Shown here: one piece after another, positions 60,000-64,000 of the stretch
Position numbering within the stretch: position 1 is the first letter of the stretch
Layout: each line of letters opens with the position of its first letter
Source of the DNA: an uncultured Alphaproteobacteria bacterium
GTDB taxonomy: Bacteria; Pseudomonadota; Alphaproteobacteria; Methylaequorales; Methylaequoraceae
Reading direction: 5' to 3'
Assembly: GCA_902579395.1 (NCBI GenBank)
Contig: CACHGK010000006.1
Coordinates: 1,104 to 65,103 of the forward strand
Length of the DNA: 64,000 bases
The notes under the pieces: model-generated
What the model saw: only the letters and a program-made list of their open reading frames with translations
What the model was told of the DNA's origin: nothing
Databases searched by the model: none
Translations under genes and position numbers: made by a program

Positions 60000-60551
60000 A
60001 TGAATTTAAAAAAACATCTTCATATATTTATATTGTCTATTTTTTTTGTTATTTCTTGTGAAGAAAAAATATCTGATGATCAATTAACGGAATACAAGTC
60101 AACCATGGATGTAAGACTTGGTCACTTAGGAAATGCCATAATAATGCAAGGCAGGCTTCTTGATGCTTTCAATTTAAGAAATGATAGATCTGATGAAGAT
60201 CATTTCAAAGAGGCAGAGGAATTAATTAAGGAACATTTAAAATCCTTTGGTAGACCTGATGATTTAAGGAATATTAAAATTCCTAACTCAGCAAAACTTA
60301 GACAGGTTCATAACCAATTAATAGAAGCCTCAGAACTTTTGATTGCTGCCTCCAATGCATTAGAAGATAATGCTTGGCTTGGTGGTTCGGTTACTTTTGC
60401 AGAAATGAATTTGGAGCAAGCAAGAGTAAACTTTCAAAATGCAGTAAAGATTGTTTACAAAATTGAAGATAATAAAGAAATAAAACCAGCTATGGAGTAT
60501 GAAGAGTACGATGTTGGTGAAAAGCCTGATGAATTAGATAAATTAAAATAA
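60000..60551 (+). CDS. Hypothetical lipoprotein
   Basis: Signal peptide with lipobox FFVISCEE. 183 aa, helical and charged, with no recognisable family motif. Confidence 0.5.
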   Translation: MNLKKHLHIFILSIFFVISCEEKISDDQLTEYKSTMDVRLGHLGNAIIMQGRLLDAFNLRNDRSDEDHFKEAEELIKEHLKSFGRPDDLRNIKIPNSAKLRQVHNQLIEASELLIAASNALEDNAWLGGSVTFAEMNLEQARVNFQNAVKIVYKIEDNKEIKPAMEYEEYDVGEKPDELDKLK

Positions 60552-61457
60552 TCAAATCTTAATTGATTTGTTAACCATCCATCCCCCTACCACAATAAAT
60601 AATAAACCATAGAGCATATTTTCTGATAGTTTTTCTCCAAGAAAAATGAAGGCCCAAAGTGAACCAAAGCAAGGAATCAGAAAATTACTTTGGCTTGCAA
60701 AGACCGCATTTTTCATTTTTATCAAATTGAAAAAAATTAAAATTGCAAAACCAGTACATAACACACCTAACATTGTTGCGGAGATAAAGCTTACCATCGA
60801 AATATTAGATATAACTAAAAGCCAGTCAAGTTCTGAGATGTAAAGATTTGACACAAAAATTGGTATTGAAAAAAACGTAGCAAAGCCTGTTGAAATAAAC
60901 GCAATTTCTAGAGGGGATTGATGATTTATTATTTTTACTAAATTTGCTGAAAAACCATAGAATAGCGCGGATAAAATAATCAAGGATGAAAATTTAAGCT
61001 CAAGTGATTTTATAGATAACCCAAATGAACCTATAAAAATTAACATACCCAGAAATCCAATTAAAATACCAAAAAAGCTAAATAAATTTAATTTTTCGTT
61101 TTTTAGTATTAATAAGGAAATTATGAATGTGAACAGTGGCATAGTGCCTATCAGAGTTGAAGCAACATTACTGTTAACATAGATTTCACTAAAACTTATT
61201 AAATTAAATGGTAAGACATTGCCAAATATAGCAATGCTAACCAGAAGAATCTTATTTTTGTTAAATTTGAATTTTACTATTTCTTTTTTGCAAAAAACAA
61301 ACAAAACTAAAGTAGCAATTAACAGTCTGTAAAAGGTAAGCAGACTTGGGGGTATGGAGACAATACTAAGCTTTATAAATAAAAATGAGCTTCCCCAAAT
61401 TGCTGAAAGTAAAATTAACGAAATTAGGCTAACAAGGGAAACGGAAATTTTTTTCAG
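60552..61457 (-). CDS. EamA/DMT-family transporter (10-TM type)
   Basis: The ORF track gives 60552..61304 (TTG start). The same frame stays open upstream and encodes a typical EamA TM1-2 (LILKKISVSLVSLISLILLSAIWGSSFLFIKLSIVSIPPSLLTFYRLLIATLVL). The only plausible initiator is the CTG at 61457 (or ATT at 61460), 7 nt after AAGGA. Confidence 0.6.
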   Translation of the reverse strand: MKKISVSLVSLISLILLSAIWGSSFLFIKLSIVSIPPSLLTFYRLLIATLVLFVFCKKEIVKFKFNKNKILLVSIAIFGNVLPFNLISFSEIYVNSNVASTLIGTMPLFTFIISLLILKNEKLNLFSFFGILIGFLGMLIFIGSFGLSIKSLELKFSSLIILSALFYGFSANLVKIINHQSPLEIAFISTGFATFFSIPIFVSNLYISELDWLLVISNISMVSFISATMLGVLCTGFAILIFFNLIKMKNAVFASQSNFLIPCFGSLWAFIFLGEKLSENMLYGLLFIVVGGWMVNKSIKI

Positions 61458-61467
61458 AATTAAATCC

Positions 61468-61932
61468 TTATAGATTTTTGAGTAATTTTAAAGCTGACTC
61501 GATTTGATTAAGAAGTTTTTTTTTATCATCATAGTTTAAGAAAGAGCCTAAAAGCACTACTTTATTTTTTGACTTTATTACTAAGTTGTGTTGATGACGA
61601 GCTGGATTAAGAATTTCTACTCTTGTCCAGTACGGCTCTAAATTCCAAGTTTGTTTCTTCCCAGATGGATAATTTCTCGTAATGAGAAGATTTTCTTTGA
61701 TAATTTTGATTGTTTCAAAGATTTCACCCGACTTATAGTTTATCTTAAAAGCATAATAAAGAAGAAATACATCTAGACCTAGAAAACCAAAAACAGGCCA
61801 AGCACCGAGATACCAGAAATAAACTCCAATTGAAAAAAAAATAAAAGAAACAGTAAACATAAGATTTCTAAATCCTCTTTTTGAAAGACTCCTGTAAGGA
61901 AGAAGAGTTACATCTAGAAAAATTTTATCCAT
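61468..61932 (-). CDS. DUF2244-like two-TM membrane protein
   Basis: PYRSLSKRGFRNLMFTVSFIFFSIGVYFWYLGAWPVFGFLGLDVFLLYYAFKINY pattern. 154 aa. Confidence 0.5.
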   Translation of the reverse strand: MDKIFLDVTLLPYRSLSKRGFRNLMFTVSFIFFSIGVYFWYLGAWPVFGFLGLDVFLLYYAFKINYKSGEIFETIKIIKENLLITRNYPSGKKQTWNLEPYWTRVEILNPARHQHNLVIKSKNKVVLLGSFLNYDDKKKLLNQIESALKLLKNL

Positions 61933-62045
61933 GTCTAATTATATAAAACTATTTGTTATTATTTTAAAGATATAATTTAACTCAAATAGATTTGTAAAAA
62001 TTTCAAGTTATAATCAACTATATTTAATCTAATTTAGGAAATTCT

Positions 62046-63011
62046 ATGACAAAAAAAATAATTGGAATGGGCAATGCAGTTCTTGATATTTTGGCATCTG
62101 TCTCGGATGAGTTTTTAAAATCTAAAAATCTTAGCAAAGGTTCAATGACGTTGGTTGATCAAGAAGTTTCCAATAGTATTTTAAAAGAAATAAATCCAAT
62201 AAAAAAAGATTCTGGAGGATCAGTAGCAAATACGATTGTTGGTATTTCATTATTAGGATCTAGTTCATCGTTTTGTGGAAAAGTAAAGGAAGATCAACTA
62301 GGAGATGACTTTGTAAATAATATGCAAAATACAGGTACTAACTTTTTATGTAAACAGTCAAAGAATGGGTTATCCACCGCTAGATGTATAATATTTGTCA
62401 CTCCTGATGGAGAGAGATCTATGCAAACATTCTTGGGTGCAAGCACAACTTTAGATGAGAGCGACATTGAAGAAAATTTTTTTGACGATGTCAAATATTT
62501 ACTAATTGAGGGATATCTTTGGAGTTCTGAGTCAGCCAGAAGAGCAATTAAGAAGGCAATTAAGATTGCTATAAATAAAAAGGTAAAAATAGTTTTCTCT
62601 CTTTCTGACTTTAATTTGGTAAAGATGTTTAGAAAGGAATTTTTTAATTTTATTAAGTCTTATGTCCATATTCTTATAGGAAATGAATCTGAGTTTGGGG
62701 AATTATTTCAAAATAAAGAAGAAGAATACTTTTTATCAGAAAATTTAACTGAAATAATGGTGAAGACGAGAGGTGAAAAAGGAGTTGTGATTTATCAAAA
62801 TAGAAACTTAAAAACCATACCATCAGTTAGAGTGAAATCTTTAGTTGACACGACGGGAGCAGGAGATATGTTTGCCGCAGGATTTTTATTTCAAATGCTG
62901 AGAGGATTAGACCCATTAACTGCGGCACAATTTGGATGTAAGATGGCTTCAATTATAATTCAACAATATGGCGCAAGGCCTACTAAAGAAATATTAGAAA
63001 AATTATTATAG
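62046..63011 (+). CDS. PfkB-family carbohydrate/nucleoside kinase (adenosine-kinase-like)
   Basis: GGSVANT and DTTGAGDMFAAGFL PfkB signatures. Confidence 0.8.
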   Translation: MTKKIIGMGNAVLDILASVSDEFLKSKNLSKGSMTLVDQEVSNSILKEINPIKKDSGGSVANTIVGISLLGSSSSFCGKVKEDQLGDDFVNNMQNTGTNFLCKQSKNGLSTARCIIFVTPDGERSMQTFLGASTTLDESDIEENFFDDVKYLLIEGYLWSSESARRAIKKAIKIAINKKVKIVFSLSDFNLVKMFRKEFFNFIKSYVHILIGNESEFGELFQNKEEEYFLSENLTEIMVKTRGEKGVVIYQNRNLKTIPSVRVKSLVDTTGAGDMFAAGFLFQMLRGLDPLTAAQFGCKMASIIIQQYGARPTKEILEKLL

Positions 63012-63023
63012 AGAAAGTTTTCC

Positions 63024-63248
63024 TTAATTTAAAAGGAAGTTTAAGATACCGAAGATAAAAATTGGAATTTGAAACCCAAAGTTAGTCAAGATTGCTTTGT
63101 CTTTGGACAAGTACCCGCTTATTGTCCAAAAGATTACTCCCGTTCCATGAAGATAAATATTTAGTGGATAATAGTTTACATTAGTAAGGATAATCCCAAC
63201 TAATACAAAAATAGTTCCAAGCCATTTAAACTTATCAACGAATTTCAT
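63024..63248 (-). CDS. Small 3-TM membrane protein, unknown function
   Basis: 74-aa ORF with three hydrophobic segments and no recognised motif. Confidence 0.35.
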   Translation of the reverse strand: MKFVDKFKWLGTIFVLVGIILTNVNYYPLNIYLHGTGVIFWTISGYLSKDKAILTNFGFQIPIFIFGILNFLLN

Positions 63249-63314
63249 TTTTGATTAATTTACATTAGAATTAAAAACTTTCATATTTAATTATCCAGGA
63301 TTTATTTTTTTTAA

Positions 63315-64000
63315 CTAAATTATCATTTTTAATTTTCTTATCACATAGTCGGTTGGAATAGCATTTATATTTTTGGATTTAAATATATCCTGAGACGATA
63401 TTGTAACGTTTTTTTGATTTCCTAATGGAGCAAACTTACTATGATCTGTGGGTCCGAATAATGTTATAATTGGAATTCCAGATTGGGCAAGGAGATGCCC
63501 GCATCCGGTATCATTACTTATTCCAGCTCTACACTCTTTTGCAATTTTTATGGTTTCAATCGGATCATCTGTAGAAAAAATTTTTATTTGTTTTTCAAAT
63601 TCACGTTGAAGATTTCTTTCAATATCTTTTTCTTTGGGACCAAGAATAAATGTTGGAATTAAATTTAATCTTAAAAGATGATTAGCAACTTCAATAAAAT
63701 TTTCCAAAGCCCATCTTTTCCATATAACAGATGCTCCGGGACATATTGCAATTTTTTTTGAATTTGTGTCTTTTTGAGGTAATTTAAAATTAATTATTTG
63801 GTTATTAAATATTTGAACAAGTTGAATAAGTTCTTTACTCAAATTATTTTCTTTCGTATTTATTGGAACTAAATCAGAAAAAATATAATTAGCACAAGAT
63901 GAAATAAAAATTTTTGATTTAATATTTTTTAGAACTAATGTTGTAAGTAGTCTTTTTTGTGTATCAATTACAATGTCATATTTCCCGATACCTTCTTTAA
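63315..64000 (-). CDS. Glycosyltransferase family 9 (heptosyltransferase-like), N-terminus beyond the window end
   Basis: ICPGASVIWKRW and SNDTGCGHLLAQSGIPIITLFGPTD motifs. The frame stays open upstream of the track start (63842) to nt 64000 (KEGIGKYDIVIDTQKRLLTTLVL..., typical of GT9). Confidence 0.75.
   Translation of the reverse strand, partial: KEGIGKYDIVIDTQKRLLTTLVLKNIKSKIFISSCANYIFSDLVPINTKENNLSKELIQLVQIFNNQIINFKLPQKDTNSKKIAICPGASVIWKRWALENFIEVANHLLRLNLIPTFILGPKEKDIERNLQREFEKQIKIFSTDDPIETIKIAKECRAGISNDTGCGHLLAQSGIPIITLFGPTDHSKFAPLGNQKNVTISSQDIFKSKNINAIPTDYVIRKLKMII

Noticed and set aside
1-64000. Scanned for transposases, integrases, IS inverted repeats, CRISPR repeat-spacer arrays, rRNA genes and other structured RNAs (tmRNA, RNase P, SRP RNA).
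   Set aside because: None was found. Almost every base is accounted for by the protein-coding genes listed, and the few spacers are too short or too AT-rich to hold such elements.

Overview
This window looks like an origin-proximal chromosomal segment of a very AT-rich, extremely gene-dense alphaproteobacterium. Composition, short or overlapping gene junctions and synteny resemble SAR11/Pelagibacterales, but I cannot verify that without a database search. About 60 housekeeping genes lie back to back: amtB; mnmE-mnmG-rsmG-parA-parB-dnaQ; gshB, ftsK, ubiH-like; secB, tim44-like, mltA, smr; hslVU; hisB-hisH-hisA-hisF-hisE; xthA-rho-hemJ-hemH-hemE, divergent from maf-aroE-coaE; holA-lptE-leuS; yggS; lolA; rdgB-rph; hrcA-grpE; alkB; dnaK-dnaJ-dapB. 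There is one tRNA-Gly(GCC). Two textbook parS sites sit inside the 5' ends of mnmG and rsmG. The hemE/maf spacer is a synteny-based oriC candidate. The only clearly accessory part is 1-13.0 kb. It holds two tandem, paralogous two-partner-secretion modules (tpsB-tpsA, tpsB-tpsA, all on the minus strand) with visibly higher GC. They encode giant beta-helical exoproteins with YDG/MBG-type repeats. One TpsA carries a PA14 domain insertion and a Gly/Ser/Pro tail. The TPS intergenic spacers carry DnaA-box-like TGTGGATAA/TTATCCACA motifs, including two perfect copies 50 bp apart. Other points: two genes seem to need CTG start codons, a Trm112-like ORF is missing from the ORF track, an OmpR-type regulator has a degenerate receiver domain, and one orphan gene lies next to the tRNA. 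I found no transposases, integrases, CRISPR arrays or rRNA genes.
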